From positions 41,523 through 105,522 of the forward strand of contig JBMNPF010000007.1 in NCBI GenBank assembly GCA_050943475.1: a stretch of DNA of 64,000 bases, read 5' to 3'. Each line of letters starts with the position of its first letter. Within the stretch, counting starts at the first letter, position 1. Source of the stretch: Oscillospiraceae bacterium. GTDB lineage: Bacteria > Bacillota > Clostridia > Oscillospirales > Ruminococcaceae. Below are positions 10,624 through 19,302 of this stretch, piece after piece. The notes beneath the pieces were generated by a model. It ran no database searches. It was not told where the DNA came from and worked only from the letters and a program-made list of their open reading frames with translations. Made by a program: the position numbers and the translations under genes.

Positions 10624-10899
10624 ATGACAAAAACCGATTTGATTAGTGCCGTGGCTGCAAAAGCCGAAATTTCCAAGAAAGATGCTGATAAAGCAGTAAG
10701 CGCTGTTATTTCTGCTATTTCCGACTCCTTGGTTGCCGGTGAGAAGGTTCAGCTTGTTGGCTTTGGCACCTTTGAAGTGCGTGACCGCGCTGCAAGAGAG
10801 GGCAAAAACCCTGCAACTGGCGAGAAGATCACCATTGCTGCTACCAAAGTTCCGGCGTTCAAAGCTGGTAAAGCTCTGAAAGACGCTGTCGCGAAATAA
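10624..10899 (+). CDS. hup: HU family DNA-binding protein
   Basis: [22 protein letters not shown] arm motif; 91 aa. Confidence 0.95.
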   Translation: MTKTDLISAVAAKAEISKKDADKAVSAVISAISDSLVAGEKVQLVGFGTFEVRDRAAREGKNPATGEKITIAATKVPAFKAGKALKDAVAK

Positions 10900-10915
10900 G
10901 ACAGTACCGGTGATT

Positions 10916-10958
10916 AAAGGGCCGTGCAGAATGTGCACAGCCCTTTTATTATTTTATT
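10916..10958 (+). terminator. Intrinsic terminator after hup
   Basis: AAAGGGCCGTGCA..TGCACAGCCCTTT stem followed by a T-rich run. Confidence 0.75.
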
Positions 10959-10975
10959 TTTAAAAGAGGTTTGTT

Positions 10976-11215
10976 ATGAGACTGGATAAATACTTGAAAA
11001 TTGTGCGGCTCATCAAGCGCCGTACCGTTGCGAATGAAGCCTGCGACGCAGGGAAAATTGTAGTAAACGGCAAGGTGGCCCGCGCGTCGTACGACGTCAA
11101 GGTCGGGGACATCATTGAGATCAATATGGGTGCCACTCCGTTAAAGGTAAAGGTGCTTAAGGTGAGCGAATACGCCAAAAAAGAGGATGCCGCTACCCAT
11201 TACGAGGTGGTTTAA
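10976..11215 (+). CDS. yabO: S4-domain RNA-binding protein (YabO-like)
   Basis: MRLDKYLK...RRT S4 signature and synteny. Confidence 0.85.
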   Translation: MRLDKYLKIVRLIKRRTVANEACDAGKIVVNGKVARASYDVKVGDIIEINMGATPLKVKVLKVSEYAKKEDAATHYEVV

Positions 11216-11279
11216 CGGCTGCCTTTCCGGCATAAACCCGCTGTGCACTGAATAGATTATAGAACAAGTAATCGGTAAG

Positions 11280-11570
11280 GTGGTGTCAGCGGTGGAAGAA
11301 AAAAACCAAATCAAACTTCCGCACAATGTCGTTTTGGAGGACAGAAAACACCTGAGCATTTCAGGCGTCATGGATATTGACAACTTTGACGAACAGACCG
11401 CAGTGGTCTACACCCAAATGGGCGAGCTGACCATAAAGGGATATGACCTGCATGTCAACAAACTCAATGTGGAGACCGGGGAACTCACAATGGATGGGGA
11501 AATCTGGTCGATGAACTACACCGAAGTTCAGAAGAAAGGCGGAGGCATGCTGTCGAAACTGTTCCGTTAA
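11280..11570 (+). CDS. yabP: Sporulation protein YabP
   Basis: YabP-like sequence (LSISGV...LTIKG.DL.V) with a GTG start. Confidence 0.85.
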   Translation: MVSAVEEKNQIKLPHNVVLEDRKHLSISGVMDIDNFDEQTAVVYTQMGELTIKGYDLHVNKLNVETGELTMDGEIWSMNYTEVQKKGGGMLSKLFR

Positions 11571-11582
11571 GGTGGCGGGGAT

Positions 11583-12128
11583 ATGACGATTACAATGTCC
11601 CAACAGACCCTTATTTTTCTGTATTCTTGTGTGCTTGGCGTGGGGTTGAGCCTGTATTTGGATATTTTCCGGGTGATCCGTCTGGTACTGGGCAACCCCA
11701 AGCTGGTCACCTTTGTCTGTGATCTGCTGTATTTTCTTTCCTCCACCCTGGTTGTTTACCTGTTCTTTGTCTGCTATTGTTCCGGGCAGGTGCGGGTCTA
11801 TGTTCTTGTCGGTGCGCTGCTGGGATTTCTGATCTGCCATTTTTCGGTCAGCGTCCTGTTTATGCATCTGGCGGTTTGGGTGGTCAAATGGATGCGGCGT
11901 TTTTTGGGTGCTCTTGCACGCCCATTTGTCAAATTTGGGCGGTTTGTTGGAAAAAAGATACAAAAAAGGCGGCAGCAAGCCCTTGAGAATCGGAAAAAAC
12001 ATAAAAAAATTCCGGAAAACGGCTTGCAACCCAAGCGGCATGTGGTGTATAATTTATTCAAACTATACCGAAAAAAACCAAAGAAGGAGGACGCCGCTCT
12101 TGAAGAAGCAAAAGACCCGGAAGCGTAG
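11583..12128 (+). CDS. yabQ: Spore cortex biosynthesis protein YabQ
   Basis: Membrane protein with a YabQ-like N-terminus directly after yabP. Confidence 0.8.
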   Translation: MTITMSQQTLIFLYSCVLGVGLSLYLDIFRVIRLVLGNPKLVTFVCDLLYFLSSTLVVYLFFVCYCSGQVRVYVLVGALLGFLICHFSVSVLFMHLAVWVVKWMRRFLGALARPFVKFGRFVGKKIQKRRQQALENRKKHKKIPENGLQPKRHVVYNLFKLYRKKPKKEDAALEEAKDPEA

Positions 12129-12393
12129 AGGCATTTTCTTAAAGCTGCTTTTAGCCGCATTTCTGTGTTATGGGCTGACTTCGCTTGTTATGCTGCAAAT
12201 GGATTTGGCGCAGAAAAATGAACAGCTTGACGCCATCAACAAAAAAATTGTCTCGCAGCAGCAGACCAACGAAGAACTTAAGACCATGTTGGGGCAGAGC
12301 GATTACAGCGAATACATTGCGCGCATTGCCCGGGAAAAACTGGGTTATGTGTACCCCGACGAGCGCGTCTTCATTGATGTTTCCGGTAGCTGA
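12100..12393 (+). CDS. divIC: Septum formation initiator (DivIC/FtsB family)
   Basis: TTG at 12100 lies 9 nt after GAAGGAGG. One TM segment plus coiled coil and the C-terminal IAREKLGYV motif. The track start at 11908 lies inside yabQ. Confidence 0.8.
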   Translation: MKKQKTRKRRGIFLKLLLAAFLCYGLTSLVMLQMDLAQKNEQLDAINKKIVSQQQTNEELKTMLGQSDYSEYIARIAREKLGYVYPDERVFIDVSGS

Positions 12394-12422
12394 TTGAGTT
12401 TCAAGGAGGATAACGTTTTTTT

Positions 12423-12869
12423 ATGCAGCTTGAAGTTGGAAAAATCGTCGAGGGCAAGGTGACCGGGATTACAAAGTTCGGCGCGTTTGTCGATTTGGGC
12501 GAAGGCAAGACTGGCATGGTCCATATTTCTGAGGTAGCCGCCAGCTACGTCAAGGAAATTACCGACTTTGTCAAGGAAAATGATGTTGTCAAGGTCATGG
12601 TTTTAAACATTGCGGACGACGGTAAGATTGCGCTGTCCATAAAACGCGCGCAGCCGAAACCGCAGCCTGCGCAGGGGCGCCCAGCTCCGCGTCAGGATTT
12701 CAGGGGTGGCCGCGGCGCAAATGAATGGGCGCCAAAAAAGGCTCCGGAAAACCTTTCGTTTGAAGAAATGATGAATAAGTTCAAACAGTCCAGCGACGAA
12801 AAAATGTCTGATCTGAAGCGGACAATGGATGGCAAGCGCGGTTCTTATTCCCGTCGCGGCTCCCGTTAG
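12423..12869 (+). CDS. yabR: S1 RNA-binding domain protein (YabR-like)
   Basis: S1 fold signature G.V.GITKFGAFV.L...G.VHISE. Confidence 0.88.
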   Translation: MQLEVGKIVEGKVTGITKFGAFVDLGEGKTGMVHISEVAASYVKEITDFVKENDVVKVMVLNIADDGKIALSIKRAQPKPQPAQGRPAPRQDFRGGRGANEWAPKKAPENLSFEEMMNKFKQSSDEKMSDLKRTMDGKRGSYSRRGSR

Positions 12870-12907
12870 GGCTGTATGACGTTGTAGCTTTTCGTTTTGT
12901 TTTTGAG

Positions 12908-12949
12908 AAAAATGCTGTGGGTTAAACCTGCGGCATTTTTTGCGTTTTC
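12908..12949 (+). terminator. Intrinsic terminator after yabR
   Basis: AAAAATGCTGTGG/CTGCGGCATTTTTT hairpin with wobble pairs and a T-run. Confidence 0.6.
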
Positions 12950-13106
12950 TCATAAATTTTATGGAAAAAGAGAAACGCTGTGCCTGCTGAATGGGAAAGA
13001 GCCGGAAATACGGGTTTTGTCGAATGTAAGTTTACATTTACTTCATCATTTTTGCTGTTGTATCGGGTAAAATATAGATTAACGCGATCAGGAAAAGAGG
13101 GATTCG

Positions 13107-13997
13107 TTGTTTGGTTATGTTCGGCCGTTTAAGCCGGAACTGAAAATAAATGAATTCGACACCTACAAAGGCATGTACTGCGGCCTTTGTAAGCAGCTTG
13201 GCCGGGATTACGGCCTGCTTGCCCGAATGACCTTGAGTTATGATTTTGCGTTCCTCGCCATGCTTTCAATGGGCACTCACGGCGAGCGGGTGCAGTTTAA
13301 ACGAGAAACCTGCATTGCGCACCCTTTTACCAAACGGCCCTGCATGTGTGCAAACGGCGACCTTTCCTACGTGGCGGCCTGCGCCATGATGATGCTTTAC
13401 TACAAGTGGAAAGACAACATTGCAGACAGCGGCTTTTTCAAACGCTGCGGTTACCGGGTGCTTGGCCCTTCGGTCCGCCGTTCCTATAAAAAGGCGGTCA
13501 AACGGTACCCGGAGCTGGACGCGGTTATGCAGAATACACTTGCCCGGCAGCAGCAGGTTGAAGCGGCCCCCAACTGCACGGTGGATATGGCGGCAGAGTC
13601 CTCATCGCGGGCGTTGGCGCTTATTTTTGAGCAGTTGGCGGCGGGAGAAACGCAAAAAAAGGTGCTGCATCGGTTTGGTTTTCTGCTTGGACGCTGGATT
13701 TATTTGATGGATGCGCTTGACGACCTGGAGGACGACCGAAAGTCTGGGAGCTTTAACCCGCTTTTGCGTTGGGAAAAGACCCGTGCCGCAGGTGCGGAGC
13801 ATCCGGCTAAGGAGGTCAAACGGCAGGCCGAAGCAATGATCAACGTGACCCACGGCGAGATGGCGCTCGCCTATGAGTTGGTGGAACTCAACCGTTATAA
13901 AACGATTTTAGATAATATTATTTATCTTGGACTGCCTGCCGTGAAAAATCAGGTATTGTCCAACAGGAGGAAAAAGCCCAATGACAGACCCTTATAA
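13107..13997 (+). CDS. DUF5685-like protein
   Basis: N-terminus MFGYVRP...YCGLCK recalled as typical of DUF5685. TTG start after AAAAGAGGG. Confidence 0.6.
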   Translation: MFGYVRPFKPELKINEFDTYKGMYCGLCKQLGRDYGLLARMTLSYDFAFLAMLSMGTHGERVQFKRETCIAHPFTKRPCMCANGDLSYVAACAMMMLYYKWKDNIADSGFFKRCGYRVLGPSVRRSYKKAVKRYPELDAVMQNTLARQQQVEAAPNCTVDMAAESSSRALALIFEQLAAGETQKKVLHRFGFLLGRWIYLMDALDDLEDDRKSGSFNPLLRWEKTRAAGAEHPAKEVKRQAEAMINVTHGEMALAYELVELNRYKTILDNIIYLGLPAVKNQVLSNRRKKPNDRPL

Positions 13998-14616
13998 GGT
14001 GCTTGGCGTTTCGCCGTCTGCTTCAACCGAAGAGATTAAAAATGCGTATAAGCAGCTCGCGAAAAAGTATCACCCGGATAATTATGCCGCCAGCCCCCTT
14101 GAAGAGATTGCAAATGAAAAGATGGCCGAAATCAACGAAGCGTACGACCAGATTATGAATGAGCGCCGCTCTTCAGACCGTTCCGGCGCCGGTCAGAACG
14201 CCGGCGGGCAGCAGTATAACAGTGCGAATTCGTCTTACCCGGACATTCGCCGTCTCATTATGCAGAACCGGTTTGATGAAGCAGAGGTTTTGTTGGATGG
14301 TGTCCCGGCGCAAAAACGGGATGCGGAGTGGTATTTCTTAAAGGGAAGCGTTTATTATTCCCGCGGCTGGCTGGATGACGCCATGGCTCATTTCTCCTCC
14401 GCCTGCCAGATGAACCCAAACAACCCGGAATACCGGGCGGCATACCAGCGTATGATGTGGCAGAGGCAGGGGAACATGGGAGGCAGTCCCAACGGCCAGT
14501 ACCGCACCCCCAATCAGCAGGTGGGCGGTTGTTCTGCCTGCGACTGCTGTTCCGGCCTGATTTGTACCGACTGTTGCTGCGAATGTATGGGCGGCGACTG
14601 TATCCCATGCTGTTAA
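13981..14616 (+). CDS. J-domain protein with TPR-like middle and cysteine-rich C-terminus
   Basis: DPYKVLGV...KYHPD J-domain. 12 Cys in the last 28 residues. Confidence 0.8.
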   Translation: MTDPYKVLGVSPSASTEEIKNAYKQLAKKYHPDNYAASPLEEIANEKMAEINEAYDQIMNERRSSDRSGAGQNAGGQQYNSANSSYPDIRRLIMQNRFDEAEVLLDGVPAQKRDAEWYFLKGSVYYSRGWLDDAMAHFSSACQMNPNNPEYRAAYQRMMWQRQGNMGGSPNGQYRTPNQQVGGCSACDCCSGLICTDCCCECMGGDCIPCC

Positions 14617-14629
14617 GGAGGCGTCCCCG

Positions 14630-15181
14630 TTGAACAAGGCGTTTCGCATTGCTTTTGGCGGAATCATCTGTGCAATCTGCATTGCGCTTATGCTCTGCAC
14701 CGGCCTGTTTCCGTTTGCAACCGTAGCGCTCCCTGCGCTCGCGGGCTTGCTGATGGTGTCTCTGGTGATTGAATTTGGCGTCAAATGGGCTTACCTTGCG
14801 TATGGCGTAGTGGCTGTTGTGTCGTTTTTTCTCACGCCGGATAAATCTGCCATGCTGATGTTTGTCTTCTTTTTTGGTGTTTACCCCATTGCAAAGGCGT
14901 CGATTGAGCGCATCCGCAAACGGATGCTGGAATGGGCGATGAAATTCTTGCTTGCCAATGCGGCGCTGATCCTTTTGTTTTTTCTGGCCAGATGGTTCCT
15001 TGGTTTGACCGAGGTTATGCCGGATATCCATATATTTGGAAAGTTTACCTTCCTGGTGTTCTGGCTTGCAGCAAACGCGGTTTTTCTGGTGTACGACCTG
15101 GCGCTTACCCGCGTTATCGGCGCTTATATCCACTGGTTTAAACCAAACTATATTGATCGCCTGCGGCGTAACCGCATGTGA
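14630..15181 (+). CDS. Integral membrane protein, unknown function
   Basis: Multiple hydrophobic segments. TTG start downstream of AAGGAGG. Co-oriented with the J-domain gene. Confidence 0.55.
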   Translation: MNKAFRIAFGGIICAICIALMLCTGLFPFATVALPALAGLLMVSLVIEFGVKWAYLAYGVVAVVSFFLTPDKSAMLMFVFFFGVYPIAKASIERIRKRMLEWAMKFLLANAALILLFFLARWFLGLTEVMPDIHIFGKFTFLVFWLAANAVFLVYDLALTRVIGAYIHWFKPNYIDRLRRNRM

Positions 15182-15213
15182 AATGTTTTTTTGCAGGTTC
15201 CAGGATTTAGGTC

Positions 15214-15242
15214 TGGACAAAACCGCCCGGATGGGTTATAAT
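15214..15242 (+). promoter_or_regulatory. Sigma-A-type promoter of the pyr operon
   Basis: TGGACA-17 nt-TATAAT. Confidence 0.6.
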
Positions 15243-15261
15243 ATAAGAAAATTTGACAACC

Positions 15262-15387
15262 TTTAAGTTGGTCCTGTGAGGCTGACAAGGCGGTCTGCTG
15301 AATCTTGTGCGTCCCGGGGAAAGAGGCACACTGCAACGAGTTGAGCAACCAAGCTGTCAGTACAGGCAGTTTGGTTTTTTTATTTTT
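15262..15387 (+). promoter_or_regulatory. PyrR-binding attenuator (binding loop plus terminator)
   Basis: TTTAAG..GTCCTGTGAGGCTGA resembles the PyrR box (UCCAGAGAGGCU). Terminator AACCAAGCUG/CAGUUUGGUU plus a U-run at 15347-15387. Confidence 0.75.
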
Positions 15388-15414
15388 AAAAACAACATGG
15401 GAAGGGTGGAGTGC

Positions 15415-15954
15415 GTGACACAAAAAGCAGTTATTCTGGATGCAAAAGCCATGCAGCGCGCAGTTGCGCGGATTTCCTATGAAATTATTGAACGCAACAA
15501 AGGTGTAAATGGCCTGTGCATTGTCGGCATTATGCGGCGCGGCGTTAATCTTGCCCAGCGGATCGCCGATAAAATACAAGAGGTGGAGGGCGTTACGGTG
15601 CCGCTTGGCATGCTGGACATTACGGCTTACCGGGACGATCGGCGCGGCCCTTCCGAGTGCGCAGACCAGACGAGCCTGCCGTTTGCGGTGGAATCCAAAA
15701 AGATTGTGCTGGTGGATGACGTCATCTACACTGGGCGCAGCGTCCGTGCAGCGATTGATGCGCTGATGGCCAAAGGCCGCCCGCAGACCATTCAGCTTGC
15801 GGTGCTCATAGACCGCGGACACCGGGAGCTGCCTATCCGGGCGGATTTCATCGGCAAAAACGTGCCGACCTCCCGTGAGGAAAAGGTGGTTGTTGCGGTC
15901 AAAGAGGTAGATGGACAGGACCAGGTTGTGATTGCAGAGGAGGACGGCAGATGA
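15415..15954 (+). CDS. pyrR: Bifunctional pyr operon regulator/uracil phosphoribosyltransferase PyrR
   Basis: VLVDDVIYTGRSVRAA PRPP motif. GTG 15415 after GGAAGGGTGGAG gives about 179 aa. Alternative ATG at 15397. Confidence 0.88.
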   Translation: MTQKAVILDAKAMQRAVARISYEIIERNKGVNGLCIVGIMRRGVNLAQRIADKIQEVEGVTVPLGMLDITAYRDDRRGPSECADQTSLPFAVESKKIVLVDDVIYTGRSVRAAIDALMAKGRPQTIQLAVLIDRGHRELPIRADFIGKNVPTSREEKVVVAVKEVDGQDQVVIAEEDGR

Positions 15955-17246
15955 GTGGAATGGTACTCAAAAACGGGCTGGTGATAGACCCCTCCCAAGA
16001 CATGAAGCAGATTGCAGATATCCGGATTGAAAACGGTTTGGTTGCTGAAATCGGTACGGGGCTTCACGGCGAACAGGAGCTGGACCTCACCGGACTGGCA
16101 GTGTTTCCGGGCCTTGTGGATATGCATGTACATTTCCGCGACCCCGGCCTCACCTATAAAGAGGACATTTTTTCCGGCTGCCGTGCGGCAGCGGCAGGCG
16201 GCGTGACCTCGGTCGCCTGCATGCCCAACACCAAACCGACGACCGATACGCCGGAAACGGTTGGCTACATTGTGGACAAAGCGAGCCGGGCAGACGCCCA
16301 TGTTTACCCGGTTGCGGCCATAACCAAAGGGCTTTCCGGCACGGAGATGACCGATTTTGCCGCGCTGAAGGCAGCGGGAGCCGTCGGCGTTTCGGACGAC
16401 GGGCGCCCGGTGGAAAACGCGGCGATGATGCAGCGTGCGCTGGAGCTCGCCGACCGCAGCCAGATGAAGATTATTTCTCACTGTGAGGATTTGGCGATTA
16501 TAGACGGCGGGATTGTCAACGAGGGCAAGACGTCCCGCGCGCTGGGGCTCAAAGGGATGCACCGTTCCTCTGAGGACAGCGTGACAGCAAGGGAAATTGC
16601 ACTGGCGGCTGCAACGGGTACGGCAATCCATATTGCCCATGTCAGTACCAAAGGATCGGTCGCCCTGATTCGGGACGCCAAAGCGCGCGGCGTGCGGGTG
16701 ACGGCGGAAACTGCTCCCCATTACTTTATGCTCACCGATGAGCTGCTCTTCAAGCGGGACGCGGACTACCGCATGAATCCGCCGCTGCGGGAGCAGGAGG
16801 ACTGTGATGCGGTGCTGGACGGGGTGCTGGACGGGACGCTCGACTGCATTGTCACCGACCATGCGCCGCATGCGCCGGAGGAAAAGGCGGATTTTGAAAA
16901 GGCTCCGAACGGTGTTGTAGGGCTGGAGACCTCCTTTGCCGCCTGCATGACGGCGTTGGTGCAAACCGGCAAGCTCTCCATCAGCGGGCTGATTGAGCGA
17001 ATGTCGCTGAACCCGGCCAGGCTGCTCGGTATTCGGGCAGGTTCACTCGCGGTTGGTATGCCGGCGGATATTGCGGCGGCAGACCTCAACGAGCGCTGGG
17101 TGGTGGATGTGGACAGGCTCCACTCCAAGAGCCGCAACAGCGTTTTCAAAGGGATGACGCTGCAGGGGAAAATCAAATACACCCTGCTGAACGGCAGGCT
17201 GGTATATAAGGACAATGGTTCAGAGAGAAAGGCGGATGCGGAATGA
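15951..17246 (+). CDS. pyrC: Dihydroorotase
   Basis: DMHVHFRDPG motif. ATGA overlap with pyrR. Confidence 0.92.
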   Translation: MSGMVLKNGLVIDPSQDMKQIADIRIENGLVAEIGTGLHGEQELDLTGLAVFPGLVDMHVHFRDPGLTYKEDIFSGCRAAAAGGVTSVACMPNTKPTTDTPETVGYIVDKASRADAHVYPVAAITKGLSGTEMTDFAALKAAGAVGVSDDGRPVENAAMMQRALELADRSQMKIISHCEDLAIIDGGIVNEGKTSRALGLKGMHRSSEDSVTAREIALAAATGTAIHIAHVSTKGSVALIRDAKARGVRVTAETAPHYFMLTDELLFKRDADYRMNPPLREQEDCDAVLDGVLDGTLDCIVTDHAPHAPEEKADFEKAPNGVVGLETSFAACMTALVQTGKLSISGLIERMSLNPARLLGIRAGSLAVGMPADIAAADLNERWVVDVDRLHSKSRNSVFKGMTLQGKIKYTLLNGRLVYKDNGSERKADAE

Positions 17247-18175
17247 TGATGGACAAGCTCATCAAGCAGATTGTGAAAACCCAGAATCCAACGGTGGCAG
17301 GGCTTGACCCCAAGCTCGACTATGTGCCGGCCTATATCAAGACGGCAGCGTTTGAGCAGTATGGAGAAACCCTGAAAGGCGCTGCAAAAGCACTGCTCAC
17401 CTTCAATAAGGGCTTAATTGACGCGTTCTGCGACATTGTGCCCGCCATAAAGCCGCAGGCCGCTTATTATGAAATGTATGGATACCATGGCGTAAAAACG
17501 CTTTACAAAACCATTGCCTATGCCAAAAAGCGCGGGATGCTGGTGATTACCGACGGCAAACGCAACGACATCGGCACCACAATGGAAGCCTACGCCACCG
17601 CCCATCTCGGCGGGTTTGAGCTTGGCGGTGAATTTGTGGAGCCGTTCGGTGCGGATGCGCTGACCGTCAACGGCTATTTGGGAAGCGACGGCATCCGCCC
17701 GCTGCTCAAGGTATGCAAGGAGCAGAAAAAAGGCATTTTTGTGCTGGCTAAGACATCCAACCCCTCCTCCGGCGAATTGCAGGACCGCCTGATAGACGGC
17801 AAGCCCGTTTATGAAATTATGGGCGAGATGTGCGAAGGCTGGGGAGCAGACCTTGTTGGCAAATACGGGTACAGCGCGGTTGGCGCAGTAGTTGGTGCGA
17901 CCTACCCAAAACAGCTTGAAGAGCTGCGTGCAAAATTACCGCATACCTTCTTCCTTGTGCCGGGCTACGGCGCGCAGGGCGGGGGGGCAGCCGACGTTGC
18001 TCCCGCATTTGACAAAAACGGCCTTGGCGCCATTGTCAATTCCTCCCGCGGGATCATGTGCGCTTATCAAAAAGAAGGCTGTCCGGAGGAGGATTATGCG
18101 CGTGCGGCCCGCCGGGAAGCGTTCCGCATGAAGGAGGATATTCTTTCCCAAATTGGGGAAATCCGGATCGGTTAA
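17243..18175 (+). CDS. pyrF: Orotidine 5'-phosphate decarboxylase (long type 2)
   Basis: DGKRNDIGTT motif; about 310 aa. Confidence 0.88.
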   Translation: MMMDKLIKQIVKTQNPTVAGLDPKLDYVPAYIKTAAFEQYGETLKGAAKALLTFNKGLIDAFCDIVPAIKPQAAYYEMYGYHGVKTLYKTIAYAKKRGMLVITDGKRNDIGTTMEAYATAHLGGFELGGEFVEPFGADALTVNGYLGSDGIRPLLKVCKEQKKGIFVLAKTSNPSSGELQDRLIDGKPVYEIMGEMCEGWGADLVGKYGYSAVGAVVGATYPKQLEELRAKLPHTFFLVPGYGAQGGGAADVAPAFDKNGLGAIVNSSRGIMCAYQKEGCPEEDYARAARREAFRMKEDILSQIGEIRIG

Positions 18176-18210
18176 CCGTTTCATCTTCATCAGATACAGT
18201 GGAGGTTTAC

Positions 18211-19302
18211 ATGGAAAAAGCAACTTTACTGCTGGCAGACGGCAGCGTTTACGAAGGGTACAGCTTTGGAGCCAAGGGAACGGTCATTGGTGAAATTGTC
18301 TTTTCAACCGGTATGACCGGTTACCAGGAGACGCTGACCGACCCCAGCTATTACGGCCATATTGTCACACAGACGTTTCCTCTTGTGGGGAATTACGGTA
18401 CCAACAGCCTTGACGGTGAGTCCGCCCGCTGCCACCTGAGCGGCTATATTGTACGGGAATGGTGTGAGCATCCGTCCAATTTTCGCTGCGAGGACGACAT
18501 TGACAGTTACTTAAAGGAAAAAGGCGTGGTTGGCCTGTACGGTATTGATACCCGCAGCCTTACTCGTAAAATCCGCGAATTTGGTGTAATGAACGGTATG
18601 ATTACAAACGAGCCGATTGCCGATAAAGCTGCGGCGCTGGAAAAAATCCGCGCATTTTACATCAAAGATGCAGTTAAAAACGTCTCTACACCGGAAATCC
18701 GCACCTATAAGGCGGAGGGCGAAACCAAATACCGTGTGGTACTGTTTGACTTTGGCTACAAGCGCAACATTGAACGGGAGCTGTTAAAACGCGGATGCGA
18801 TGTTACAGTTGTGCCGTACAACACCACGGCCGACCAGATTAAGGAGATGAACCCGGACGGCGTTATGCTTTCCAACGGCCCTGGAGATCCGAAAGACAAC
18901 ATTGAGACCATTTTAAACCTGCGGGAAATGCTGAAGTTAAAAATCCCGACCTTTGGCATCTGTCTTGGGCACCAGCTCATGGCGCTTGCAAACGGCGCCT
19001 CCACCCGCAAGCTCAAATATGGGCACCGCGGAGAAAACCAGCCGGTGGTGGATCTTGACAATGACCGCACCTTTGTCACCAGCCAAAACCATGGCTACGC
19101 GGTGGATTCGGACAGCATTAAAGCCTCGGTGGGCGTGGTGAACTATAAAAACGCAAATGACGGCACCTGTGAAGGGGTTCGTTACCTCAAGCACCCGACC
19201 GTAACGGTGCAGTTTCACCCAGAGGCCTGCGGCGGGCCGGAGGACACTGCGTTCCTGTTCGACCGCTTTATTGAAATGATGGAAAAGGGAGGACACAAAT
19301 AA
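18211..19302 (+). CDS. carA: Carbamoyl-phosphate synthase small subunit
   Basis: GATase FGICLGHQ motif. ATG 18211 after GGAGG. Confidence 0.93.
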   Translation: MEKATLLLADGSVYEGYSFGAKGTVIGEIVFSTGMTGYQETLTDPSYYGHIVTQTFPLVGNYGTNSLDGESARCHLSGYIVREWCEHPSNFRCEDDIDSYLKEKGVVGLYGIDTRSLTRKIREFGVMNGMITNEPIADKAAALEKIRAFYIKDAVKNVSTPEIRTYKAEGETKYRVVLFDFGYKRNIERELLKRGCDVTVVPYNTTADQIKEMNPDGVMLSNGPGDPKDNIETILNLREMLKLKIPTFGICLGHQLMALANGASTRKLKYGHRGENQPVVDLDNDRTFVTSQNHGYAVDSDSIKASVGVVNYKNANDGTCEGVRYLKHPTVTVQFHPEACGGPEDTAFLFDRFIEMMEKGGHK

